This document shows positions 1-8,365 of a DNA stretch of 63,937 nucleotides, one piece after another. Under the pieces are notes generated by a model. It worked only from the letters and a program-made list of their open reading frames with translations, made no database searches and had not been told where the DNA came from. Source of the DNA: an uncultured Gammaproteobacteria bacterium (GTDB lineage Bacteria; Patescibacteriota; Microgenomatia; CAZTEW01); the NCBI GenBank assembly GCA_964612215.1, contig CAZTEW010000002.1:1-63937 (forward strand). The letters are read 5' to 3'. The stretch's first letter is position 1. Each line of letters begins with the position of its first letter. Both the position numbers and the translations under genes were made by a program.

Positions 1-107
1 AATATTTCAACAATAGAATAAATACTAGGACAAAATAGATAGAAAACTGTATCTAATATCGCTTATACACCATAACAGCAAAATTCTATACCAGAGGCAA
101 GATAAAT

Positions 108-1754
108 ATGGTAGAAAAATATGATAAATTCATCACTAAAGCCAAGACACCTCCGAGGTGGCCGAATGCCTGCCCGCCAGGGCTTTCGGCCGCAGGCCAT
201 GGCAGGCGGGGACTCCTCGGAGGTGGAATTAACAGAAATCACCTCTTTCTTCTCGCGTTTTTAGTCATCGCGGTTTATTTTAACTCCCTGAAAAATGATT
301 TTGTTTCTGATGACATTACTGCCATTGTCCAAAATGAAAACATTGGCAATTTTGGTTATTATTTGCCGCACCACTCGCTCAATTTTCTCCGTTATTTCTT
401 TTATGCTTTAAGCTATCACCTAGCTGGCTTGAATCCTCTAGTCTTCCGATTAATTAATAATCTTCTTTTCCATTTCGGGTCAGTCTTGGTGATTTATTAT
501 TTAATTAATTTCTTCTATGAACCTTTTTTAGCTTTAATTGTCAGCTCGGTTTTTGCTGTTCACCCGATTTTAAGCGAAACCGTGGTTTGGATTTCCGGCG
601 GCGTTCACAGCCAGTATGCTTTTTTTCTTTTTCTCGCTTTGCTCCTTTATTTGCGCAAAAAGCAATTTTGGGCGGTGATTAGTTTTCTTTTGGCTTTATT
701 TACCACTGAAAAGGCAATTATTTTTCCTTTAATTCTTTTAAGTTTTGAGTTTTCTTTCGGCCGGCTGAAAAAGAATTGGCAGCGGCTAATACCCTTCTTT
801 TGCTTAAGCGCTTTCTGGGGAACCGCTATTCTTTCGGCTGGGATTTTAGGCCAAAGAATGGGCGCGCTTCAGTCGCAATTCTACCAGCAACAAGGCTTTT
901 ATAATCCTCTGATTCAAATTCCCACGGCCATCAGCTCTTATTTACAGTTAATTTTCTGGCCAATAAAATTGACTCTTTACCATTCGGAAACAGTCTTTTC
1001 TCAAACCGAATACTTGTTGATGCTCGCCGTCACGCTGGCTTTTTTCTGTCTTGGGTTGTTCTGGCTTTTCAAGAGGTCTCAACGACCTTCTTTCTTCTGG
1101 CTCAGTTTTTTCTTTATTGGTTTGCTACCAATGCTCGCGCCTTTGAAAATCGCCTGGGTAGTCGCCGAACGCTATGTTTATTTCAGCTCACTGGGCATTT
1201 TTGTTCTGGTTGGTCTAGCAATTCAAGGATTCTTTAAATACACCTCCGAGGTGGCCCGCCGGCTGGCGGGGACTCCTCGGAGGTGGAGTCAATATGCGCT
1301 TCTCGCCATTATCCTCATCCTTCTTTCTGTTCGGACAATCATTAGAAATCAGGACTGGCAAAACCAAGACACTCTTTGGCTGTCAGCCGCCAGAACTTCA
1401 CCTTCCAGCCCGCAGAATCATAATAATTTAGGCGATCTCTATGGCCGGCAGGGCAATTACCAGCGAGCCATCGCCGAATTTAAAAAAGCCATTGAACTGC
1501 AGCCTAATTATGCTGATGCCTATCACAATCTTGCCAACACTTACACCCAGATTGGTGAAATGGATTTGGCAATTAGCTATTATCAAAAAGCGCTGGAATT
1601 TAATCCTCAACTCTGGCAATCGCATCAAAACCTAGCGGCGATTTACTATCAGCAAGGTAAAATCGAACTAGCCAGACAAGAATTAGAAAAAGCCGCGGCA
1701 ATTAATCCAGAAAACGCTAATATCCAGCAAGCGCTTGAACTCCTAACACCTTAA
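108..1754 (+). CDS. TPR-repeat polytopic membrane protein, TMTC/PMT_2-like GT-C glycosyltransferase
   Basis: 548-aa ORF with many hydrophobic segments. Acidic first-loop motif NDFVSDD. C-terminal TPR repeats (YGRQGNYQRAIAEFKKAIELQPNYADAYHNLANTY...). Contains two in-frame palindromic elements. Confidence 0.8.
   Translation: MVEKYDKFITKAKTPPRWPNACPPGLSAAGHGRRGLLGGGINRNHLFLLAFLVIAVYFNSLKNDFVSDDITAIVQNENIGNFGYYLPHHSLNFLRYFFYALSYHLAGLNPLVFRLINNLLFHFGSVLVIYYLINFFYEPFLALIVSSVFAVHPILSETVVWISGGVHSQYAFFLFLALLLYLRKKQFWAVISFLLALFTTEKAIIFPLILLSFEFSFGRLKKNWQRLIPFFCLSAFWGTAILSAGILGQRMGALQSQFYQQQGFYNPLIQIPTAISSYLQLIFWPIKLTLYHSETVFSQTEYLLMLAVTLAFFCLGLFWLFKRSQRPSFFWLSFFFIGLLPMLAPLKIAWVVAERYVYFSSLGIFVLVGLAIQGFFKYTSEVARRLAGTPRRWSQYALLAIILILLSVRTIIRNQDWQNQDTLWLSAARTSPSSPQNHNNLGDLYGRQGNYQRAIAEFKKAIELQPNYADAYHNLANTYTQIGEMDLAISYYQKALEFNPQLWQSHQNLAAIYYQQGKIELARQELEKAAAINPENANIQQALELLTP
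148..226. repeat. Type-1 palindromic element (long 79-nt form), in frame in the N-terminus of the TPR/GT-C gene
   Basis: Outer arms CACCTCCGAGGTGG (148-161) and CTCCTCGGAGGTGG (213-226) flank a GC-rich, partly self-complementary core. Translated as TPPRW...GLLGGG. Confidence 0.8.
1241..1286. repeat. Type-1 palindromic element (46 nt), in frame
   Basis: CACCTCCGAGGTGG-CCCGCCggctGGCGGG-gaCTCCTCGGAGGTGG. Translated as TSEVARRLAGTPRRW. Confidence 0.85.
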
Positions 1755-1760
1755 CTCCTA

Positions 1761-1797
1761 ACACCTTAGAGGTGTAATCCTACCTACACCTTGGGTA
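1761..1797. repeat. Left flanking hairpin plus inverted-repeat arm of the Y1 transposase unit
   Basis: ACACCTTAGAGGTGT at 1761-1775 and ACACCTTGGGTA at 1786-1797. Confidence 0.75.
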
Positions 1798-1806
1798 TTA
1801 ATCAAT

Positions 1807-2484
1807 TTATTCTTCTAATAAAAGGTGTTTTATCTCTTCAAGTCTTCTCTGATAATCAGCTTGATCAAAAATAAATTTTTTATAAGACAGAATATCATCA
1901 ACATCATCAAAAATAATCTCTTTACTACAAATCTCTATTTGTGACTTACCCAAATATTCTGGAAAAGAGGAATAAGGATAATTTTTCAGTTCTTTAAAAG
2001 ATTTGACCACATAAGAAGAATATGGATTAAGATGAATATATCTTGAAACATGAAGAAGTTGTGCAGCTGTTTCGATCCTGACAGCCTTGAATTTACCTTG
2101 AAATAAAGGACCGATTCTTTTATTTTTAAAATTAAAATACCGAGTATAGCTATTGGTAAAATTACTCATAAACTTAGAAATGCCATTATCAATTTTTTGC
2201 TTCAAAATTAAATGAAAATGATTGGGCATAAAACAAAAAGCAATGATTTCAGCTAAAAATTCTTTTGCTTCGGTTAATTCTTCCCGAATTTCCATTCTTT
2301 TTTTTTGAGAAATAACTATAAATTGAGCATATCGTAAAGGAAAGTTTTCATTCTGATAATATCTTAATGTTTCGATGGCCCGACTAAAGTCTCTTTTAGT
2401 TTTAAAGGTGGGTTGAGAAGCAACGCCTCTGTTTAAGACGTGATAAAAATTATCAGTAATAAGCGGTATTTTTCTACCTGGCAT
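1807..2484 (-). CDS. IS200/IS605-type Y1 (HUH) transposase, RAYT-like
   Basis: 225 aa. HUH motif in MPNHFHLILK. Catalytic-Tyr region HVSRYIHLNPY. N-terminal YHVLNRG is typical of the Y1_Tnp/COG1943 family. Confidence 0.8.
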   Translation of the reverse strand: MPGRKIPLITDNFYHVLNRGVASQPTFKTKRDFSRAIETLRYYQNENFPLRYAQFIVISQKKRMEIREELTEAKEFLAEIIAFCFMPNHFHLILKQKIDNGISKFMSNFTNSYTRYFNFKNKRIGPLFQGKFKAVRIETAAQLLHVSRYIHLNPYSSYVVKSFKELKNYPYSSFPEYLGKSQIEICSKEIIFDDVDDILSYKKFIFDQADYQRRLEEIKHLLLEE

Positions 2485-2513
2485 ATCTTAATAACTATTA
2501 CTTTACTAAAAAT

Positions 2514-2550
2514 TACCCAAGGTGTCAAGGGTATAACACCTTAGAGGTGT
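2514..2550. repeat. Right flanking inverted-repeat arm plus hairpin of the Y1 transposase unit
   Basis: TACCCAAGGTGT at 2514-2525 and ACACCTTAGAGGTGT at 2536-2550. Confidence 0.75.
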
Positions 2551-2556
2551 TAGGTT

Positions 2557-3546
2557 TTATTGACTTAAGTAGGGAGCAAAAAAACCGACAATAAAAATAA
2601 TGCCATAGACAAAATGAGTTAGAAAGATAGCCGGCCCGACCATCAGGGTCATATTAAGATCTTTTTCCCGCCAATAAACTACCAGGCTGGTCCAAACCAG
2701 CCCCAAAACATAAACACCAACCGCTGTCAGATAAAAAGGCCGCAAACAGCTAAAAAACATCGCTAAAATTGGCGCCACGAGAACGCCTAAAGCAAACAGG
2801 CTCGGCGCCAAATAGCCCAGACGTAATGAGGTTTGCGGTAAAATTCTGGCAAAGTGGCCCCGATGCAAAGCGTAACGGCTGATTTGCTCCAAGTGAGGGC
2901 CGAAAACTTCCCGACGATGATGGTAGACTAAAACTTTCGGGTCATAAATAATTCTCTTTTTCAGTTTTTGGGTGAGATAAAGACAAAGCTTCGTATCTTC
3001 ACCGGACCAGAAATGAGTATTAAAACCACCGGCCTGGAAAAAATATTTTCTTTTAATCAAAAGATTGGCCGTAGGAAAATCATCTACCTGCCGCTGCGGT
3101 CTAATCGCATAACGGTAAGTACCGGCGCCTTCGCTGCCAAAAGCCAAAGACCAAACATAACCGGCTACTTTTTGGCGAAAGTTATCTTGAGGCGGCGTGA
3201 TCATTGGTCCGCAGACGGCAACAATTTCCTTGCCTTCCTGGAAAATTTTCACCGCTTCCCTCAGCCAATTTTTGCTCGGATAAGAATCGTCATCAATAAA
3301 AGCGAGAATTTCACCCTGGGCTTTTTTGGCACCCAGATCGCGCTTATCTGCTGGTCCGGTTTGCGGCCAAGTGGCAATAATTTTCGCTCGCTGCAGTTTC
3401 TCTTTGGTTTTTTTGTCCGGCAGAATAATAATCTCAAAATTCTGATAGCTCTGTTTCAAAAGGGCAGGAATAGTTTCCTGACGCAGATAGTCATTAACCT
3501 CTTTCACCGGAATAATAATCGACACCAACGGCCCTTGTTTTTTCAC
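2557..3546 (-). CDS. GT2-family glycosyltransferase with C-terminal TM segments
   Basis: 329 aa. VSIIIPVKEVNDYL start, DDDSYP (DxD) motif, hydrophobic C-terminal third. GTG start. Confidence 0.8.
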   Translation of the reverse strand: MKKQGPLVSIIIPVKEVNDYLRQETIPALLKQSYQNFEIIILPDKKTKEKLQRAKIIATWPQTGPADKRDLGAKKAQGEILAFIDDDSYPSKNWLREAVKIFQEGKEIVAVCGPMITPPQDNFRQKVAGYVWSLAFGSEGAGTYRYAIRPQRQVDDFPTANLLIKRKYFFQAGGFNTHFWSGEDTKLCLYLTQKLKKRIIYDPKVLVYHHRREVFGPHLEQISRYALHRGHFARILPQTSLRLGYLAPSLFALGVLVAPILAMFFSCLRPFYLTAVGVYVLGLVWTSLVVYWREKDLNMTLMVGPAIFLTHFVYGIIFIVGFFAPYLSQ

Positions 3547-4616
3547 TAAGCTACCCAGTACCCTCTAGTAAAAAGAATGACGCAAACCATTAAAAGTAAA
3601 AAGCAAAAAGTAAAAAGCAAAAAGTGAATCTTCTTATTTTTCAGCAAGGCTAAATAAAGAAAGCAGGGAAAACAAGCTAAAACATAGCGCGGCAAAGAAG
3701 AGAAGGTTCCGGTTAGAGTCGGAATTAGATAAGCCAAGACGGCAAAAATCAGATAAGAATGTCTCAGGCCTTGACGGTAAGCCAGGATCAAAATTGCTAG
3801 AAAGCCCGAGGCAATTAATGCTTCCAAAACCACCACAAAATAGGTCAACGTCCATTTTTGAACAGTAACCAGCATTTTCAGATAGCGCCAAAAAACCTGG
3901 TACAAAAGAACGATTTTGCCACCACTTCTCTCGGCACCAAAAAACGGCTGAACATGGATAAAATAAAACGGGTCTTCTGCAGTCTGTTTTAAATACCACA
4001 TGTAAGCTAAAAGACCCAGCGGAATCAAAAGTAAAGCAGCGAAGCTTTTGCGCTTGGCTTCCTGCCGCTCGTAAAATAGAGCCGGCAAAAGGAAAATGCC
4101 TGTTAATCGCGTGGCGCTGGCCAGGCCGCCTAAAATCCCGGCTAGCCACCAGCGCTTCTTTCTGGCCGCGTAAAAAGACCCTAAAACCAAAGCCAAAAAA
4201 AGCGATTCAGTATAAACGCTGGCAAAATAAAAAGAGGTGGGAAAAATTAGTAAGTAAAAAATACTTCGCCAAGCTGTCTTTTCGCTAAAGTCAAGTTTGA
4301 CCAATAAATAAAGTAAAACTAAAGAAGCAAAAAACGCCAGATGAGAAATAAATAAACCAGAGAAAACATAATTCCGAGTGAAAAAAGTCAGCCAGCGAAT
4401 CAAAAGAGGATAAAAAGGAAAAAAAGCCTGCTCGTAGTGGAAATAGCCGTGCTCAGCAATGCTGAGGTAATGAACGCCGTCAAAGTTTGACCAGGAATTT
4501 GGGCCGAAAAAATCCGGCCGCTTCACCAGCAACCGTTCGGCTATCATGACCAGCAGCGACAACCCTGTTCGCCAAAAAACAAAAAGAATGAAAATTTTTC
4601 TAAACGACTTTTTCAT
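3546..4616 (-). CDS. PIG-V-like (GT76-type) membrane mannosyltransferase, GT-C
   Basis: 356 aa, polytopic. Motif SNFDGVHYLSIAEHGY...AFFPFYPLL resembles the WDGxxYxxIAxxGY signature of PIG-V-like proteins. Confidence 0.6.
   Translation of the reverse strand: MKKSFRKIFILFVFWRTGLSLLVMIAERLLVKRPDFFGPNSWSNFDGVHYLSIAEHGYFHYEQAFFPFYPLLIRWLTFFTRNYVFSGLFISHLAFFASLVLLYLLVKLDFSEKTAWRSIFYLLIFPTSFYFASVYTESLFLALVLGSFYAARKKRWWLAGILGGLASATRLTGIFLLPALFYERQEAKRKSFAALLLIPLGLLAYMWYLKQTAEDPFYFIHVQPFFGAERSGGKIVLLYQVFWRYLKMLVTVQKWTLTYFVVVLEALIASGFLAILILAYRQGLRHSYLIFAVLAYLIPTLTGTFSSLPRYVLACFPCFLYLALLKNKKIHFLLFTFCFLLLMVCVILFTRGYWVA
3595..3622. repeat. Period-7 tandem repeat (AGTAAAA/AGCAAAA) x4 inside a CDS
   Basis: agtaaaa agcaaaa agtaaaa agcaaaa. 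Encodes the TM segment HFLLFTFCFLLLM. Confidence 0.85.
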
Positions 4617-5604
4617 AGACTTTAATGGTTTCCTCGGCTGTTTTTTGCCAAGTGAATTTTTTCGCCTGATTAATGCCTTTGGCTGATAATTTTTTCCTGA
4701 GCTGGGTGTCTTTCATTAATTTCTCAATTGCTCCCGCCAGCTGGCGGGGATCAACCATCATCGCCGCCTGACCACAAATCTCTGGCAAGCTCGCTACCGC
4801 CGACGCCACCACTGGTGTACCGCAAGCCATCGCCTCTAAAACTGGCAAACCAAAGCCCTCATAAAAAGACGGCTGAACATAAATCGTTGCTAAGTTATAA
4901 ATCTCCACTAATTCTTGGCTGCTCACCCAGCCTAAGATCTTCACTTTTTCTTTTAAACCAAGCCTTTCGATTAATCGAAGAATCACCTTCGCTTCAGGTA
5001 CCTTGGTTTTTTTCAAGGCCCGGCTGACGAAAACTAAATTGGTTTTTGTTTTGGCAACCGCCCGCAACAAACCATCGACATTTTTATTCCAATTCACGTC
5101 GCCGACGTAGAGAACAAAACGCTCGGGGAGGTTATGTTTTTCTTTAATTGGTAATTTTTTGAATTCTTTTGCGGGCGCCAGATAAACAACGTGGATTTTC
5201 TTTGCCGGAACATGAAGATATGTAATAATATCTTCTTTAGAACTTTCTGAATCAGTAATAATTGCGGCGGTGTTGCGCAGAGAGAGTTCTTGAAGTTGAA
5301 GCTTTACTTCACCCTTAATCCCCCGGGGAAAATGCTGGGGAAAAACCAAAGGAATCACGTCATGAATCGTGACTACTGCCGGCTTTGGTTTTTTAAAAGG
5401 CAAAGTCGGAAAAAAAAGATCAAAATAAGGATAGTGAATCAGGTCAGCGTCAACTGGCAAAGGCCCTTGTTTAATTACCTGAAAAGAAAAGTCTTTTTTT
5501 TTGATTCGCTGCAGTCCGGCTAACAACTGCTCGACATAGACACCCATGCCCCGGCCGCTGTGGGCTGAACTGAATTTTCTCAAGTCAAAGACAACCTTCA
5601 TCAC
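4600..5604 (-). CDS. GT4-family (GT-B, group 1) glycosyltransferase
   Basis: 334 aa. Classical EGFGLPVLEAMACGTPVVAS motif. Confidence 0.85.
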   Translation of the reverse strand: MMKVVFDLRKFSSAHSGRGMGVYVEQLLAGLQRIKKKDFSFQVIKQGPLPVDADLIHYPYFDLFFPTLPFKKPKPAVVTIHDVIPLVFPQHFPRGIKGEVKLQLQELSLRNTAAIITDSESSKEDIITYLHVPAKKIHVVYLAPAKEFKKLPIKEKHNLPERFVLYVGDVNWNKNVDGLLRAVAKTKTNLVFVSRALKKTKVPEAKVILRLIERLGLKEKVKILGWVSSQELVEIYNLATIYVQPSFYEGFGLPVLEAMACGTPVVASAVASLPEICGQAAMMVDPRQLAGAIEKLMKDTQLRKKLSAKGINQAKKFTWQKTAEETIKVYEKVV

Positions 5605-7211
5605 TTGTTTTTAAATAGTAGCAGAACCAACAGCAAAAAACTAATTAATGACAGGCCGTCGCTAAATAAGCGCAGCGGCGTTTCGGTAAAGTTCACCCTG
5701 ATCTTACCTTCTCCTTGAACCGCAGCAATACTAAAAGCGCCGTCTGGTTCGATTTCAAGCAGCTGCTTCTGACCATTCCAGCCAGAGGCTGGTCCGCCTT
5801 TGGTGGAAACCAAAACTTGCCAGCCAGGATAATAATTGATATTAAACCGCAGGCGGTTATTTTCTTGAAACTCAGTTTTTGGTTCTGCTGGTTGATCATG
5901 GTTAGCCCAAATCGTCTGAAAACTGTTGCCTAAAGTCGCTGTCCCCTGAGTCCAGTCCGGATTATTTAAATAAAAACCATTATCTCGAGCCGGATAAATA
6001 ACCGGCCGGCTGTAACGCCAATTACAGAGTAAGACGGCTGCCAACAAAGCCAAGGTCAACCAACGCTTCTTCAGTTTCCCAACCAACCATCCGGCCAGAA
6101 AGCTGGTGATCAGCATCATCAGTGACAACAGCCGCCAGGGATATTGAAGATAGGCCAACCAGGGGAAAAAACGCCAGAGCGGCAAAGAAATTTCCAGCAT
6201 TAAAAAAACTAGAAAAATAAACCAAGTCAAGAAAAAGACCGGCTTACTGGAGAGAATTTTTTGCCGCCAGATGACTACCAGGCTCGTCAGCACCACCAAC
6301 CAATGAACCAAACCGACCTGAAATGACATCCCGTCCATAATGCCGCTGACGGAAAAACCATTCCCCCAGGAAGGAAAGACCAGTTGGAAAAAGGCCGGAA
6401 AGTGGTCGCTATAGTTAATCAGCTCTAGCCCGCGGACGAATCTTTTTTCGACCAAGGCCGGCAGCCAAAAATAGGCGCTTAACCCCAAACCAAGAATTAA
6501 AGACACTCCGGACAGCCACTCCTCGGACGGTGGCAGGCTGAATCCGCCAGCTGGCGGAGAAAGCCATGACTCCTCCGAGGTGGGGCGGCAAAAAACTAAA
6601 TAGCTCACTAAAAATACACTGAAAATCATAGCGAGAATATTGTGAGAAAGAATGAGTAAAGCAAAAAATAAGCCCGCTAGTGCTAACCGGCGCTTCTCCC
6701 AAGCCCAAAGAATCGCTGCTAACCAAACCAAAGCCCAGGCTTCGCCGACCGAACCACGAATGTAAGCATCAACAAAATGATAGGGCGCGTAAAGATAGAA
6801 AACAGCGCCAACTAAGGCTGGCCAGGAACCGAAAAGTTCTTTTAACCAAAGATAAAAAAACAGGGTTGACAAAATTAAGGTTAAAGCCAGGCTGAACTTG
6901 AAAGAATCGGCCAGACTGGCACCCAAAAGCAGAAAAATTTCCGCTCCGTAGTTCGGCAACGGATAGAAAAAATTAAAAAGCGGCGCGCCAAAACCATGAT
7001 CTAAATCCGGCGCCCAGCGGGAAAAGGGTCGGCCGCTGCGAAAATTCTTGTCAAACTGCCAAAAACGGATTAGGTGATACTCGCCATCGTGAGTCGGTAT
7101 AAAACCGGCCCGCCATAAGGGCCAGCTCGCCAGAACCACCAATAGCCCCAGAATTAACCATGGCCAGTATTTTTTCATTGTAAAGCAATAATGCCTAAAT
7201 AATGAATCCAA
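5601..7211 (-). CDS. Family A polytopic membrane protein, putative GT-C glycosyltransferase (PTPS-related/COG5617-like by recollection)
   Basis: 536 aa. THDGEYHLIRF, YFWLPAL and YYPGWQVLV motifs, plus a C-terminal TM anchor. The likely true start is ATG at 7178, which forms an ATGA overlap with the upstream stop. Confidence 0.7.
   Translation of the reverse strand: MDSLFRHYCFTMKKYWPWLILGLLVVLASWPLWRAGFIPTHDGEYHLIRFWQFDKNFRSGRPFSRWAPDLDHGFGAPLFNFFYPLPNYGAEIFLLLGASLADSFKFSLALTLILSTLFFYLWLKELFGSWPALVGAVFYLYAPYHFVDAYIRGSVGEAWALVWLAAILWAWEKRRLALAGLFFALLILSHNILAMIFSVFLVSYLVFCRPTSEESWLSPPAGGFSLPPSEEWLSGVSLILGLGLSAYFWLPALVEKRFVRGLELINYSDHFPAFFQLVFPSWGNGFSVSGIMDGMSFQVGLVHWLVVLTSLVVIWRQKILSSKPVFFLTWFIFLVFLMLEISLPLWRFFPWLAYLQYPWRLLSLMMLITSFLAGWLVGKLKKRWLTLALLAAVLLCNWRYSRPVIYPARDNGFYLNNPDWTQGTATLGNSFQTIWANHDQPAEPKTEFQENNRLRFNINYYPGWQVLVSTKGGPASGWNGQKQLLEIEPDGAFSIAAVQGEGKIRVNFTETPLRLFSDGLSLISFLLLVLLLFKNK
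5782..5806. repeat. Type-3 palindromic micro-insertion (KGGPASGW cassette)
   Basis: CCAGAGGCTGGTCCGCCTTTGGTGG. Encodes STKGGPASGW directly after the YYPGWQVLV motif. Confidence 0.8.
6519..6583. repeat. Type-1 palindromic element (65-nt variant) in frame
   Basis: CTCCTCGGAcGGTGG (6519-6533) ... TCCGCCAGCTGGCGGA (6543-6558) ... CTCCTCCGAGGTGG (6570-6583). Translated as PTSEESWLSPPAGGFSLPPSEEW. Confidence 0.75.
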
Positions 7212-8365
7212 ATGGCAAAAACCGTTCCTAAAAAGAAAAGAAGATTGATCCTGCCTTTAACGCCGAAAATCGAAAGCAGCAACAGCGGCACCATAAAGTC
7301 CAAACTATAGCGATAACCAAATTGCAGCCAGCCGCTACTGTAAATCAGAAGAATCGGGCAAACCACTGCCAGCAAGGACAACCAAAGTGAGCGACGGTAA
7401 ATGTCCCGAGGCGCGGCTAAGAAAATCGCTAAAAGCGGTGGCGTCAAAAAGAAAATCGAGCTGCCGTCTAGGTTGAAGCTCAGCTTCACGCCGTCCTGCC
7501 AGCTTAAAGCCGGTATCTCCAAAAGCATAATCCAGAGATTTTTCAACAGATAGGCCAGAGAATAAATGCCGTGTTGATCAATCCAGGACTGAAAATGAGG
7601 ATGATAAATCACGTGGCGATAGCCGTTTTCCAGCGGATTATCAAATCGCAGCCAATTATAAAGAAACATCAGCGAGGCGAAAAACAAGACCGGCCAAACC
7701 ATGAGGCCTAAACAGCGTTTTCTTTTCTCAGCAGATTCAGTTAAAACCAAAGAAAATGTAATTAACAGCAGAAAAATCATTGGTCCTCGACCCAGAAAAG
7801 CTAGACTAATTAATAATGAAGAAAAGAAATAATCGCGAAGCGAGCGCTTTTTTTTGAAGATTAAATAAATACCCAGAGCCGTTGGGAAAAAAGAGACTAC
7901 CTGAGCCGTGTGCCAAACGCCGGCATTGGTCGCCAGGTAAAAATGAGTCGTCCCAAAAGCAAAAAGCGCTGTGGTCAATAAAATGCCCCATTCGGTAAGC
8001 TGAGACAGGAAGTCTTGCTGGAGCCGTTTTAAAAGCAGATAAATAATCACCACATTCAGGCTGCCAAAAAAAACATTAAGATATAAAAGGGGCAGGTAGC
8101 GATGCATTAATACCTGATAAGGCATTAAAATCAGAGCCGACAAGACACCCCAATAAGGATACCAGCGGCCTTGATAAAAAGCGAGGTCATAATTGGTTGC
8201 TGGCTCGGGAATATCCAACCTGCCTTGAAGCAGGGATTGGGCTAAGGGGTTGAAGTGATCTAAGTCCAGGGGAACAATAAAGCTGCCTCTCGTGCCAACG
8301 TAAAAATAAATCAGAGAAACCACTAAAAAGATAAGCAATTTTTTCATAGCCGGAAAACTAACCAA
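7175..8365 (-). CDS. Polytopic membrane protein, putative GT-C glycosyltransferase
   Basis: 396 aa with about 10 hydrophobic segments. Loop motif YDLAFYQGRWYPYWGVL. An alternative ATG at 8347 gives an ATGA overlap with the upstream stop. Confidence 0.55.
   Translation of the reverse strand: MVSFPAMKKLLIFLVVSLIYFYVGTRGSFIVPLDLDHFNPLAQSLLQGRLDIPEPATNYDLAFYQGRWYPYWGVLSALILMPYQVLMHRYLPLLYLNVFFGSLNVVIIYLLLKRLQQDFLSQLTEWGILLTTALFAFGTTHFYLATNAGVWHTAQVVSFFPTALGIYLIFKKKRSLRDYFFSSLLISLAFLGRGPMIFLLLITFSLVLTESAEKRKRCLGLMVWPVLFFASLMFLYNWLRFDNPLENGYRHVIYHPHFQSWIDQHGIYSLAYLLKNLWIMLLEIPALSWQDGVKLSFNLDGSSIFFLTPPLLAIFLAAPRDIYRRSLWLSLLAVVCPILLIYSSGWLQFGYRYSLDFMVPLLLLSIFGVKGRINLLFFLGTVFAIWIHYLGIIALQ

Larger units (their letters stand above)
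1755..2556. mobile_element. REPtron-like unit: Y1 transposase gene bracketed by inverted hairpin repeats
   Basis: The hairpin ACACCT-TAG-AGGTGT lies on both sides (1761-1775 and 2536-2550). ACACCTTGGGTA (1786-1797) is the reverse complement of TACCCAAGGTGT (2514-2525). The string ACTCCTAACACCTTA is tandemly duplicated at 1740-1767. Confidence 0.6.

Noticed and set aside
1-107. A promoter for the first gene in the A/T-rich leader.
   Set aside because: Several weak TATA-like hexamers are present, but there is no convincing -35/-10 pair with proper spacing, so no call can be supported.
2968-3549. Long antisense ORFs from the six-frame track: 2968-3549 (+) 193 aa, 3634-4149 (-) 171 aa in an alternative frame, 25846-26334 (+) 162 aa, 33755-34234 (+) 159 aa, 41510-41887 (+) 125 aa, and many of 60-110 aa.
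   Set aside because: All lie entirely within, and opposite to or out of frame with, ORFs that have clear glycosyltransferase or membrane-protein motifs. Their translations are low-complexity, Arg/Lys/Ser-rich and show no family features, as expected for shadow ORFs.
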